Below, one piece after another: positions 38,155-47,601 of a DNA stretch of 64,000 nt. The position numbers were made by a program, and so were the translations under genes. Origin of the DNA: Bdellovibrionales bacterium (GTDB lineage: Bacteria > Bdellovibrionota > Bdellovibrionia > Bdellovibrionales > UBA1609); the NCBI GenBank assembly GCA_028819545.1, contig JAPPLG010000028.1:5646-69645 (forward strand). Reading direction: 5' to 3'. The notes beneath the pieces are model-generated. The model was not told the DNA's origin, searched no databases, and saw only the letters and a list, made by a program, of their open reading frames with translations. Positions within the stretch are counted from its first letter, which is position 1. Every line of letters starts with the position of its first letter.

Positions 38155-38427
38155 ATGGATATATGGACTCGCATTACAAAACTGGCACACTTAAAAATGA
38201 GAAAAGAAGAAGAGGAAATTATTTTTCCGCAAGTGCAAAATATTGTGGCTTTCTTTGATCATATCTCTCAAGTGTCTACAGAAAATGTGGAGCCCTTAAT
38301 ATCCCCTATGGAAGACCCTCTTCCTTTTAGAGCAGATGAAGTTTGTGAAAAATCCAAATTGTTGGATCAGGCTCCTTCTTCAGAAGGGGCTTTTGTTAAA
38401 GTTCCTTTAGTTGTGCAAACAGATTAA
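38155..38427 (+). CDS. gatC: Asp/Glu-tRNA amidotransferase subunit C
   Basis: 90 aa, LAHLKM..EE......Q...I..F...I..V.TENVEP pattern, directly upstream of gatA-gatB. Confidence 0.85.
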   Translation: MDIWTRITKLAHLKMRKEEEEIIFPQVQNIVAFFDHISQVSTENVEPLISPMEDPLPFRADEVCEKSKLLDQAPSSEGAFVKVPLVVQTD

Positions 38428-38441
38428 AAACGGGTGGACTG

Positions 38442-39881
38442 ATGAATAAATCTGCTTTGCAAATAGCTAAAGATATTCGAGAAAAGAAGGTTTCTTCTTT
38501 TGAAGTGACTGCTGAATTTTTAAAAAGAATTGAAAAATTGGACCCTAAAATTAATTCGGTAATTACAGTTAATGAGCAGGCCTCACACTTATCTAAGAAT
38601 ATTAAAAACTTTGATGAAAAACCTTTAGCAGGAGTTCCTATTCTCTTTAAAGATATGTTTTGTACAAAGGGAGTGAAGACCACGGCGGCTTCAAAAATAC
38701 TTGAAAATTTTATTCCTCCTTATTCAGCGACTGTGGTGGAGAGGCTGGAGCAAGCTGGAGCTTTTGTTTTGGGAAAATGCAATCAGGATGAGTTTGCTAT
38801 GGGGCACTCTACAAGAACTTCTTATTTTGGTGCTTGTAAAAATCCCTGGAACTTCAATTACACTCCAGGAGGGTCAAGTGGAGGAAGTGCTTCAGCTGTA
38901 TCTGCTGGATTTTCTCCTGTTTCTCTAGGTACAGATACGGGAGGGTCTATCCGTCAACCTGCTCATTTTTGTAATTTGGTTGGAGTTAAACCGACTTATG
39001 GCAGAGTGAGCCGTTTTGGTATTGTGGCTTATGCTTCCAGTCTGGATCAGGCAGGGCCTTTAGCTCATACTGTGGAAGATTGTGCTTTGATTCTTTATTT
39101 AATTAGCGGGAAGGATGAAAAAGATTCAACAACCAGTAATGAGAAAGTGCCTCCTTGGCATACAAACTTATCAGCTGATGTTGCAAATTTAAAAATTGGC
39201 ATACCAAAAGAATTTCTAAAAAATGTATCTCCAACTGTAGAAAAAAGTTTAAATACAGCTCAAGATGTTTTGGTGAAAAATGGAGCAAAAATATCAGAGG
39301 TTTCTCTGTCTTTGTCTTCTTATTTTCCTCATACATACTATTTAATTTCCTCTTGTGAGGCGAGCAGTAATCTGTCCCGTTATGATGGTATAAGGTATGG
39401 ATTTTCTTCTCGAGGACCTTCTCAATCACTAATAGATTTCTATTCTCAAACAAGAGGGGAGGGTTTTGGTTCTGAAGTAAAACGTAGAATCTTAATGGGA
39501 ACTTTCTGTTTGTCTGAAGGATACTATGAAGCTTACTTTAAAAAAGCTCAAAAAGTGAGACGCTTAATTCGGGAGCAGTTTAACCAACTGTTTAAAGATG
39601 TGGATGTTATTTTAGCACCTGTCACACCGGACCTTCCTCCTCCTATAAAAGATTCTTCTGAGGATTTAATTAAAAATTATACCAGTGATATGTTTACAGT
39701 TCCTTCTAATTTGTCAGGCTTGCCCAGTTTAAGTGTGCCTGTTGGTATTTTTGATGGGTTTCCTTTTGGAGTGCAGTTGATAGGCCGGGCTTTTGATGAA
39801 CAAACATTGTTTAACACAGCTTACTTCTTACAAGAAGAACTGCAGGCTTATAAAAATAAACCAACTTTTGAGGGTCAGTAA
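38442..39881 (+). CDS. gatA: Asp/Glu-tRNA amidotransferase subunit A
   Basis: Amidase signature GGSSGGSASAVSAG...GTDTGGSIRQPA. Confidence 0.95.
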   Translation: MNKSALQIAKDIREKKVSSFEVTAEFLKRIEKLDPKINSVITVNEQASHLSKNIKNFDEKPLAGVPILFKDMFCTKGVKTTAASKILENFIPPYSATVVERLEQAGAFVLGKCNQDEFAMGHSTRTSYFGACKNPWNFNYTPGGSSGGSASAVSAGFSPVSLGTDTGGSIRQPAHFCNLVGVKPTYGRVSRFGIVAYASSLDQAGPLAHTVEDCALILYLISGKDEKDSTTSNEKVPPWHTNLSADVANLKIGIPKEFLKNVSPTVEKSLNTAQDVLVKNGAKISEVSLSLSSYFPHTYYLISSCEASSNLSRYDGIRYGFSSRGPSQSLIDFYSQTRGEGFGSEVKRRILMGTFCLSEGYYEAYFKKAQKVRRLIREQFNQLFKDVDVILAPVTPDLPPPIKDSSEDLIKNYTSDMFTVPSNLSGLPSLSVPVGIFDGFPFGVQLIGRAFDEQTLFNTAYFLQEELQAYKNKPTFEGQ

Positions 39882-39883
39882 AA

Positions 39884-41314
39884 GTGGAAACAGTTTCGAA
39901 TAAGAGAGATGTCGTTATTGGTTTGGAAATTCATGCTCAAGTTCAAACTCAAAGTAAAATGTTTTCTCCGGATTCTGCTGATTTTGCCTCTGAAGGAAAT
40001 GAGAATATTCATCCGGTAAGTTTGGGGTTTCCAGGAGTGCTTCCCTGTCTTAATAAAAAAGTGGTGGAGTCTGCTTTACAGGTGGGTGTGGCTTTTCATT
40101 GTCAAATTCAGGAAAAGTCTATATTTGCCAGAAAAAATTATTTTTACCCGGATCTTCCCAAAGGATATCAAATTTCCCAATTTGATCTTCCGTTATTAAG
40201 AGAAGGTTTTGTGGAGTTTTATTCACAAGGGGAAAAAAGAAAAGTGCATCTTGAAAGAATTCATCTGGAAGAAGATGCAGGCCGACTGCTTCATCATAAA
40301 GATTATTCTTTGGTGGATTTTAATCGAGCTGGAGTTCCACTGCTGGAAATTGTTTCTTACCCTGAGATTTCTTCTCCTAATGAAGCCGCTGAGTATGCAA
40401 AGATGGTTAGAAATATTTTACTTTACTTAAAAGTTTGTGACGGTAATTTACAGGAAGGTTCTATGCGTTTTGACTGTAATATTTCTCTAAAACCAAAAGG
40501 TTCTTCAAAACTAGGGACAAAAGTGGAATTAAAAAATTTAAATTCCTTTCGCTTTATGGAAAAAGCGTTGAATTTTGAAATTAAAAGACAAAGTCATTTA
40601 TTGGACAATGGAGAGTCTGTTCAGCAGGAGACCAGATTGTTTAATCCGAAAAAGAATGAAACTTTTCCTATGCGCTCCAAAGAGGAGGCTAGTGATTACA
40701 GGTATTTCCCCGAGCCGGATTTGCCTCCTTTGATGATCAAAAAGCCTAATGCTCTTTCTATTAAAGAGCTTCCTTTTGATAAAATAAACCGTTTTTGTTC
40801 AAAATATAAACTTCCTTTGAATTCAGCTTCTATAATTGTAGGAGAGATGGAATTATGTTCTTATTTTGAAGAGGCTTTAAAACAAACCGCTCATGCAAAA
40901 ACTTTGTGTAATTGGCTGATAAATGAAGTGATGGCCCGCTTGCATGAAAATAAAATATCTATCCAAAAAATGTTAATTCAACCCCATCAGATGGCTGAAT
41001 TTGTGAATCGAATTGAAGCTAAAACCTTGTCTTCTAAAATGGCTAAAAATGTTTTTACAGAGATGTGGAATACAGGTAAATCAGTGGACACTTTGATTAA
41101 AGATTTAAATTTAACAAAATTAGATAGTGAAGAAGACCTTTTAAAAATAATCAACCAAGTCTTTAATGAGTTTCCCAAGCAAGTGGAACAGTATCGCGGC
41201 GGCAAAACCGGAGTTTATAAATTTTTAATGGGTCAGGTGATGAGATTATCCAAAGGTCAGGCAGATCCTGTAAAAACAGATTCCTTATTAAAGAAGATGC
41301 TAGAGAAACAATAA
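39884..41314 (+). CDS. gatB: Asp/Glu-tRNA amidotransferase subunit B
   Basis: VIGLEIHAQV, NYFYPDLPKGYQISQ, FDCNISL, C-terminal GatB/YqeY domain. GTG start 2 nt after the gatA stop. Confidence 0.95.
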   Translation: METVSNKRDVVIGLEIHAQVQTQSKMFSPDSADFASEGNENIHPVSLGFPGVLPCLNKKVVESALQVGVAFHCQIQEKSIFARKNYFYPDLPKGYQISQFDLPLLREGFVEFYSQGEKRKVHLERIHLEEDAGRLLHHKDYSLVDFNRAGVPLLEIVSYPEISSPNEAAEYAKMVRNILLYLKVCDGNLQEGSMRFDCNISLKPKGSSKLGTKVELKNLNSFRFMEKALNFEIKRQSHLLDNGESVQQETRLFNPKKNETFPMRSKEEASDYRYFPEPDLPPLMIKKPNALSIKELPFDKINRFCSKYKLPLNSASIIVGEMELCSYFEEALKQTAHAKTLCNWLINEVMARLHENKISIQKMLIQPHQMAEFVNRIEAKTLSSKMAKNVFTEMWNTGKSVDTLIKDLNLTKLDSEEDLLKIINQVFNEFPKQVEQYRGGKTGVYKFLMGQVMRLSKGQADPVKTDSLLKKMLEKQ

Positions 41315-41450
41315 GCTGTACTGTCTAATGATATGACGCAACTTAATTTTATATTTAGATAATCCATCTTAAAGTCTAGAGAAGGTTTGCCTCTATGACC
41401 TTGTCTATGTTGTGATCAATTAAAGACTTTAGATTAGGAAGTATTGTCTC

Positions 41451-42629
41451 ATGACTCTGAAACATTTTCTTTTACAATTTGTTTTTATTTTTATCTTTTC
41501 TTCTTGCACTTCATCTGGGGGTTTTGATGATGAAGCCTTTCAAGCAGAAGAAGAAGAGTATATGGAGTCCAAAGGTGGCGATAGTCAAGTTGCTTTAAGT
41601 GAGGATGATGAAGGCGCAGACGATATTTACGAAGAACAAGAAATAGATGGTGAGATATTAGCAGGTGATGAATCTGATATTATGGGAGGGGATACTTCTA
41701 TAGATGGAGAAGCAACAGGTGATTTTGATGATAGTTTATCGGATGAATTTGATACGACAGGAGCAGATAATCTGGTTAATGTTGGAACTTCCCAGCTACA
41801 GAAGAAAACTTGGGTTCCTTTAAAAAAGATCCCCACTCAATCATGGAAACAAGATGGCAAGTGGGTGAATGCTGTTTATATAGCTCGCGATGGAGAAGAT
41901 CTCAGTCAAATTAGTGCTAAGATATATGGGCATACTAATTTAATTGATGAGTTAAGAAACTTTAATCCATTTTTAAAAAGAAGAAGTCCAAAAGTAGGAG
42001 ATAAAATTTATTACAATTCTCCAAATCGTCCTAATGATGGTGTAAAATTTTCACATTATTATGAGGATAATAATCAAACAGCTATGACTCATGATATTCA
42101 GGCAGGAGAGAATATTCGAACCATTGCCACTCAGCTTTTGGGGCATAAGGATTCATGGAAAGAGATTTGGGCTACGAATCCTCAGGTGGAATCTAAATGG
42201 ACTGTCAGTGAAACTGTAACTGTATATTATTGGCCTGGTTCAGCCGCAATGGTTGCAGAAAATACAGCACCGGAACCGGAAGTTTTACCTGAACCTGAAG
42301 CACCTTCTGAACCTGAAAGTGTAGAAGAAATGCCTATTGCAGAAGAACCTCCAACTTTGGATGGCGGAGCTGAGGATTTAGCTATGCCTGAAGAAGTGTT
42401 ACCAGCTCCTTCTCCAGAGCCAAATATCCCTCCTTCTGAGGGTATTGGTGCAGACAGTGATGGATCTTCATTTGCTTCTAAAAATGCAGGTAAAATCAAA
42501 GTGATTGCTATTGCGGGTATTTTGTTGATTTTAGCGGCTTTCTTTATTCGAATGATTCGAAATCGAAAAAATCGTGCTGACTTTGATTTTTCTCAAACTC
42601 ATATTGATATCGACAACATTGAAGAGTGA
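41451..42629 (+). CDS. LysM-domain lipoprotein with acidic N-terminal region, Pro/Glu-rich linker and C-terminal TM anchor (FimV-like architecture)
   Basis: Lipobox FSSC. Two LysM-like segments (YIARDGEDLSQISAKIYG...GDKIYY; HDIQAGENIRTIATQLLG). PEPE repeats. C-terminal helix VIAIAGILLILAAFFI. Confidence 0.75.
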   Translation: MTLKHFLLQFVFIFIFSSCTSSGGFDDEAFQAEEEEYMESKGGDSQVALSEDDEGADDIYEEQEIDGEILAGDESDIMGGDTSIDGEATGDFDDSLSDEFDTTGADNLVNVGTSQLQKKTWVPLKKIPTQSWKQDGKWVNAVYIARDGEDLSQISAKIYGHTNLIDELRNFNPFLKRRSPKVGDKIYYNSPNRPNDGVKFSHYYEDNNQTAMTHDIQAGENIRTIATQLLGHKDSWKEIWATNPQVESKWTVSETVTVYYWPGSAAMVAENTAPEPEVLPEPEAPSEPESVEEMPIAEEPPTLDGGAEDLAMPEEVLPAPSPEPNIPPSEGIGADSDGSSFASKNAGKIKVIAIAGILLILAAFFIRMIRNRKNRADFDFSQTHIDIDNIEE

Positions 42630-42909
42630 GAAAATCTTTTTTATGTGCGAAAATAATGTCTGATGAAGCTCTGTAAATACTTGAAAATACAAAATTTTTT
42701 TGGATAATTTCTGACTATTGCAGGGATAAATGCTCTTATATTTTCAAAGCATGGAAAAGATGGTTTTTGTAAATAAAATTTGACAAAGACCGTTAAATAT
42801 AATTAGAATAAGTTCTCATAGAATTTCGTTTTGATCTTACATTTTTATTTCTTGAATTTTTTCTAGTTTTCTTTTTTTTAAATAACAATGGGATATAGGT
42901 TTTAGAATA

Positions 42910-44418
42910 ATGAACTCAGAATCAGGTAGTATAAAGGATCAACCTAAAAGTACCTTTAAAAGTAAAAGAGGGGATGATTCTTTTAAACATTCCGGTAGAA
43001 GAAACTCAAAGTCTCGTTCGAACAGATATCATCATAAAGATAAAAATAATAATGTAGATCATCATAATCGTTATCCTAAAAAGGATGTGGATTATGAATA
43101 TTTGAATAATAACAGTAATCAAGAGCCTGTTGATCTCACAGGGATTTCTCTAACAGAGCAAGAAAAAGAAGCTTTGGCATTTAAAAATCTTAAATCAAAG
43201 GATATTCGTGAGATTACACAATTGGCACAGAAGTTGAAAATTGAAAATCCTGCATCTATGAAACGACAGGATATAGTTTTTGAAATTTTAAAGCGAGCGG
43301 CTCAATTAGGAGATATTTATGGCAATGGAGTATTAGAAATTTTGCCGGATGGGTATGGGTTCCTCCGTTCTCCGGATTATAACTATTTGCCGGGTATTGA
43401 TGATATTTATGTCAGCCCTGCTCAGATTCGAAGGCTTGGCTTAAGAACAGGTGATTTTATTAATGGGACTATACGTCCTCCAAAAGATGGAGAAAGGTAC
43501 TTTGCTTTGTTAAAAGCGGAAGGCTCTGAAGGGGAAGGTCGTAAAGATGTTTCTGAAAAAATATTTTTTGATAACCTCACTCCTCTTTATCCCAATAGCC
43601 AATTGAAATTGGAATGGAACCCGTCTGAAGTGACCACTAGGGTTGTTGATTTAATGGCTCCTATGGGTAAAGGGCAAAGAGCTTTAATTGTAGCTCCACC
43701 GCGTACAGGTAAAACAGTGTTGTTGCAAAATATTGCTAATGCTATTGTAAAAAATCATGAAGAAGCTCATTTGATTGTTTTGTTGATTGATGAACGGCCT
43801 GAAGAAGTTACAGATATGTTAAGGCACGTTAAGGGAGAGGTGATTTCATCTACATTTGATGAACCTCCATCTCGACATGTACAAGTTGCTGAAATGGTTA
43901 TAGAGAGAGCGAAAAGACTAGTGGAAAAAAAGCAAGATGTTGTCATTTTGTTGGATTCCATTACCCGATTGGCAAGAGCTTACAATACTGTAGTTCCTCC
44001 CTCTGGAAAAATTTTATCCGGTGGTGTGGACTCCAATGCCTTACATAAGCCAAAAAGGTTTTTTGGTTCAGCCAGAAATATTGAAGAAGGCGGCAGTCTT
44101 ACAATTATTGCTACAGCTTTAGTGGACACAGGTTCTCGAATGGATGAAGTTATTTTTGAAGAATTTAAAGGAACTGGTAATGCTGAAATTCAGCTGGATA
44201 GAAAATTGATGGAGAAAAGAATCTTTCCTTGTATGGATATCAATAGATCCGGCACTCGTAAAGAAGACCTTTTAATTCCGGAAAATGAATTAAACAGGCT
44301 TTGGATTTTAAGGAAAGTTCTAGCTCCAATGAATGTTGTTGATAGTATGGAATTCATTTTAGATAAACTCAAATCGACTAAAACTAATTCTGAGTTTTTA
44401 GAAAATATGAGCAATTAA
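42910..44418 (+). CDS. rho: transcription termination factor Rho with ~75-aa basic Asn/His-rich N-terminal extension
   Basis: Rho_N ([20 protein letters not shown]), RNA-binding CSD-like region ([14 protein letters not shown]), Walker [14 protein letters not shown] loops. Preceded by a 280-nt leader. Confidence 0.95.
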   Translation: MNSESGSIKDQPKSTFKSKRGDDSFKHSGRRNSKSRSNRYHHKDKNNNVDHHNRYPKKDVDYEYLNNNSNQEPVDLTGISLTEQEKEALAFKNLKSKDIREITQLAQKLKIENPASMKRQDIVFEILKRAAQLGDIYGNGVLEILPDGYGFLRSPDYNYLPGIDDIYVSPAQIRRLGLRTGDFINGTIRPPKDGERYFALLKAEGSEGEGRKDVSEKIFFDNLTPLYPNSQLKLEWNPSEVTTRVVDLMAPMGKGQRALIVAPPRTGKTVLLQNIANAIVKNHEEAHLIVLLIDERPEEVTDMLRHVKGEVISSTFDEPPSRHVQVAEMVIERAKRLVEKKQDVVILLDSITRLARAYNTVVPPSGKILSGGVDSNALHKPKRFFGSARNIEEGGSLTIIATALVDTGSRMDEVIFEEFKGTGNAEIQLDRKLMEKRIFPCMDINRSGTRKEDLLIPENELNRLWILRKVLAPMNVVDSMEFILDKLKSTKTNSEFLENMSN

Positions 44419-44443
44419 AAGTTTTTAAGGATCTTTTACGGTC

Positions 44444-45499
44444 ATGTGGAATCAATTGCAGGAGATGGAAAAACAATACGTTGATTTAGAACAACAGCTT
44501 CAAAATCCGGAACTTTTAAATAATAGAGATCTATACAATCAGACAGTTTCAAAATTTTCTAAACTCAAAATTCCTGTAGAATTGTATAGGGAATATAAAA
44601 AACTTAAAAATGATCTTATATCTCACAATCAGCTGGCAAAAGAAGATCAGGATATTGCAGTTTTAGCTCGAGAAGAAATTAGTTTTATTAAAAAAAAAAT
44701 AAATGAAATAGAAATAGAATTGAATAATATATTAACTGCTAAACCAGAGTCTGCTTTGGATAAGAAGAATATTGTTTTGGAACTGCGGGCTGGGGCAGGA
44801 GGTGAGGAAGCAGGGCTTTTTTGTAAAGAGTTGCTCCAAGCTTACGAAAGATACGCTTCTTCAAAAGGCTGGAAAGTAGAGTCTTTATCCCTTTCTAATT
44901 TACCTTCGGGGGGAATCAGAGAGGTGGTTTCTAAAATTTCTGGTCAAAATGTATATGCACATTTTAAATTTGAAAGAGGGGTGCATCGTGTTCAGAGAGT
45001 TCCGAAAACGGAGTCTCAGGGGCGTGTTCATACTTCTACTGTGACAGTAGCTGTTTTGCCTGAAGTCACTCAAACTGAAGTTAAAATTAAAAATGAAGAT
45101 TTAAGAATCGATGTTTGTAGATCCAGTGGTGCTGGAGGCCAGCACGTGAATACAACAGATTCAGCAGTGCGTATTACCCATCTTCCAACAAAATTAGTTG
45201 TTTCTTGTCAGGATGAAAAATCACAGCATGCCAATAAGGAAAAAGCTTTAAAAATCTTATATGCAAGACTCTTTGCTTTAAGGGAAGAAGAGAAAAGAAA
45301 AGAAGATTCTCAAATGAGGCTAAAACAAATTGGAACAGGAGATCGTTCAGAAAAAATTAGAACTTATAACTTCCCACAATCAAGAATTACAGATCATAGA
45401 ATTGGCTTAAGTGTGCATTCACTGGATCGTGTGATGAAAGGGGAGTTAGATTTCCTTGTTGAGCCTTTAACTCAAGCTGACAATAAAGGAGAGATATGA
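44444..45499 (+). CDS. prfA: peptide chain release factor 1
   Basis: GGQHVNTTDSAVRITHLPT (GGQ) and RVQRVPKTESQGRVHTS (PxT recognition loop; x is Lys here). Confidence 0.95.
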   Translation: MWNQLQEMEKQYVDLEQQLQNPELLNNRDLYNQTVSKFSKLKIPVELYREYKKLKNDLISHNQLAKEDQDIAVLAREEISFIKKKINEIEIELNNILTAKPESALDKKNIVLELRAGAGGEEAGLFCKELLQAYERYASSKGWKVESLSLSNLPSGGIREVVSKISGQNVYAHFKFERGVHRVQRVPKTESQGRVHTSTVTVAVLPEVTQTEVKIKNEDLRIDVCRSSGAGGQHVNTTDSAVRITHLPTKLVVSCQDEKSQHANKEKALKILYARLFALREEEKRKEDSQMRLKQIGTGDRSEKIRTYNFPQSRITDHRIGLSVHSLDRVMKGELDFLVEPLTQADNKGEI

Positions 45500-46332
45500 A
45501 CACAACAATTGGGCAGTGGTTGAGATCTCCTTCCTTTTCTTCTTATTGTGATCGTGAGTATATTTTACAGCATGTATTGAATAAAAGTAAAAGTGAGATT
45601 TATCTTTTATGGGAGCAGACTTTACCTAAAAATCAGCTGAAAAAATGTTCAGACATTTTATTTCGACATGAGAAAGGGGAGCCTTTGGCTTATATATTAG
45701 GCGAAGTGGAATTTTACAGTGATACATTTTTCACAGATGCAAAAGTTTTTATTCCAAGGCCGGAAACTGAAATTTTAGTAGAATCTGTTTTAAACTATTA
45801 TCAAAATTCTTATCCACGTCATTTTGTTGATTTTGGATGTGGAAGCGGCTCTATTGGTTTGAGTTTACTGAAACGCTGGCCTAAATCTCAATTACTGGCT
45901 GTGGATACAAATAGATATGCTTTAAATTTAACTTTAAAAAATGCTGGGAAGTTTAAGTTGGAAAAACGTATTCACTTGTGTTTTCAAAATATTATAGATT
46001 TAGAAATTAAGCATCCTATTCAATTAATTACAGCGAATCCTCCTTATATAGCAAAGGGGGATGTTGGCCTTCAACCTGCTGTGGAAAAATATGAACCTGA
46101 AACAGCTCTATTTTCTGAATGGTCGGGTTTGAAGGCGATTTGTACATGGTTGGATAAAGCCTGTTCCATTTTGTCAAAAGAAGGGGGAAATTATTTCTTT
46201 GAAATTGGATATAATCAATATGAAGAAGTAAAAAATATATTGAAAAATAAACATTTAGTGAAATATTTTACTTCATATAAAGATTATCAGGGTTATAAAC
46301 GTGTGATTCATTGCTCTGTTAAAAGAAAATAG
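45496..46332 (+). CDS. prmC: release-factor glutamine N5-methyltransferase
   Basis: SAM motif DFGCGSGSIG and NPPY. Overlaps the prfA stop by 4 nt. Confidence 0.9.
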   Translation: MNTTIGQWLRSPSFSSYCDREYILQHVLNKSKSEIYLLWEQTLPKNQLKKCSDILFRHEKGEPLAYILGEVEFYSDTFFTDAKVFIPRPETEILVESVLNYYQNSYPRHFVDFGCGSGSIGLSLLKRWPKSQLLAVDTNRYALNLTLKNAGKFKLEKRIHLCFQNIIDLEIKHPIQLITANPPYIAKGDVGLQPAVEKYEPETALFSEWSGLKAICTWLDKACSILSKEGGNYFFEIGYNQYEEVKNILKNKHLVKYFTSYKDYQGYKRVIHCSVKRK

Positions 46333-46338
46333 GTTGAA

Positions 46339-47589
46339 ATGGATCGAATCTATATAAAAGGCCGTAAAACACTTAGTGGTGAAGTAGAGATTTCAGGTTC
46401 GAAAAATTCTACTCTTCCTTTATTATTTTCAACACTGTTAGCTGAAGGCTCTCATACTTTTCATAATGCTTCACAGGTTAAAGATGTTGATACAGGTATT
46501 AAACTTTTACAAAGTTTTGGCTGTGAAGCTTATTGGAAAGGCACTTCACTGACTGTCATTGTACCTGACAAAATTGAAAACTTTACTGCTCACTATGATT
46601 TAATGAGAACTATGAGAGCTGGAGTGTTGTGTTTAGGGGTTCTCCTTTCCAGGTACGGTAAGGCGCAGGTCAGTCTTCCTGGAGGCTGTGCTATCGGGAC
46701 AAGACCCATTAATTGGCATGTAGAGAATTTAAAAAAAATGGGAGCCGGCATTGAAATTCAAAAAGGCTATATTTATGGCAAAAGCGCTCTTCCTTTAAAA
46801 GCGGCTCAAATCAAATTGGAAAAACCTTCTGTAGGAGCTACACAAAATTTATTAATGGCTGGTGTATTGGCAGAAGGACGGACTGAAATACAAAATTCTG
46901 CTCGTGAGCCTGAAGTTGTTGATTTAATTCATTACTTAAAAAAGATGGGAGCTGATATCGAAGGGGGTGGAACAAGTACTATTACTATCCAAGGGGTTTC
47001 CTCTTTAAAACCTTCAGAGCATACAATTATTCCAGATCGCATTGAAACAGCAACACTTCTTATGGCTGGAGCAATCACTCTGGGAGAAGTGGGTATTTTT
47101 AAATGTGCTCCTTCACATTTAACTCAAGTGATTGAGAAATTAGAGCAAAGTGGTTTTGATATTCAACAGGGGGAAGACCGGATTCACTTAAAATCTCCTA
47201 GAAAGTTTTCTGCTGTAAATATATCTACTTCCTTTTATCCGGGATTTCCCACAGATCTTCAGGCACAATTTATGGCATTAATGACGCAGGCTGAAGGGGA
47301 GAGTATTATTGAAGAATGTATTTTTGAAAATCGCTTTATGCATGTCCCTGAATTGATGCGTCTCAATGCTCATATTACAACTCATGGAAATAAAGCTCAT
47401 ATTCACCCTAGTCCATTAAAAGGCGCTGTTGTAATGGCCACTGATTTAAGGGCCAGCGCCTGTTTGATCTTAGCTGGTCTGGCCGCAGAAGGGGAAACTT
47501 ATGTTCGTCGTGTTTACCATTTAGATAGAGGTTATGATAAATTGGAAAGTAAATTAGCCTTGTTGGGAGCTGATATTAAAAGGATATGA
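46339..47589 (+). CDS. murA: UDP-N-acetylglucosamine 1-carboxyvinyltransferase
   Basis: ISGSKNS, active-site loop LPGGCAIGTRPI, and conservation along the full length. Confidence 0.95.
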   Translation: MDRIYIKGRKTLSGEVEISGSKNSTLPLLFSTLLAEGSHTFHNASQVKDVDTGIKLLQSFGCEAYWKGTSLTVIVPDKIENFTAHYDLMRTMRAGVLCLGVLLSRYGKAQVSLPGGCAIGTRPINWHVENLKKMGAGIEIQKGYIYGKSALPLKAAQIKLEKPSVGATQNLLMAGVLAEGRTEIQNSAREPEVVDLIHYLKKMGADIEGGGTSTITIQGVSSLKPSEHTIIPDRIETATLLMAGAITLGEVGIFKCAPSHLTQVIEKLEQSGFDIQQGEDRIHLKSPRKFSAVNISTSFYPGFPTDLQAQFMALMTQAEGESIIEECIFENRFMHVPELMRLNAHITTHGNKAHIHPSPLKGAVVMATDLRASACLILAGLAAEGETYVRRVYHLDRGYDKLESKLALLGADIKRI

Positions 47590-47601
47590 TAGACTTTAAT
47601 C

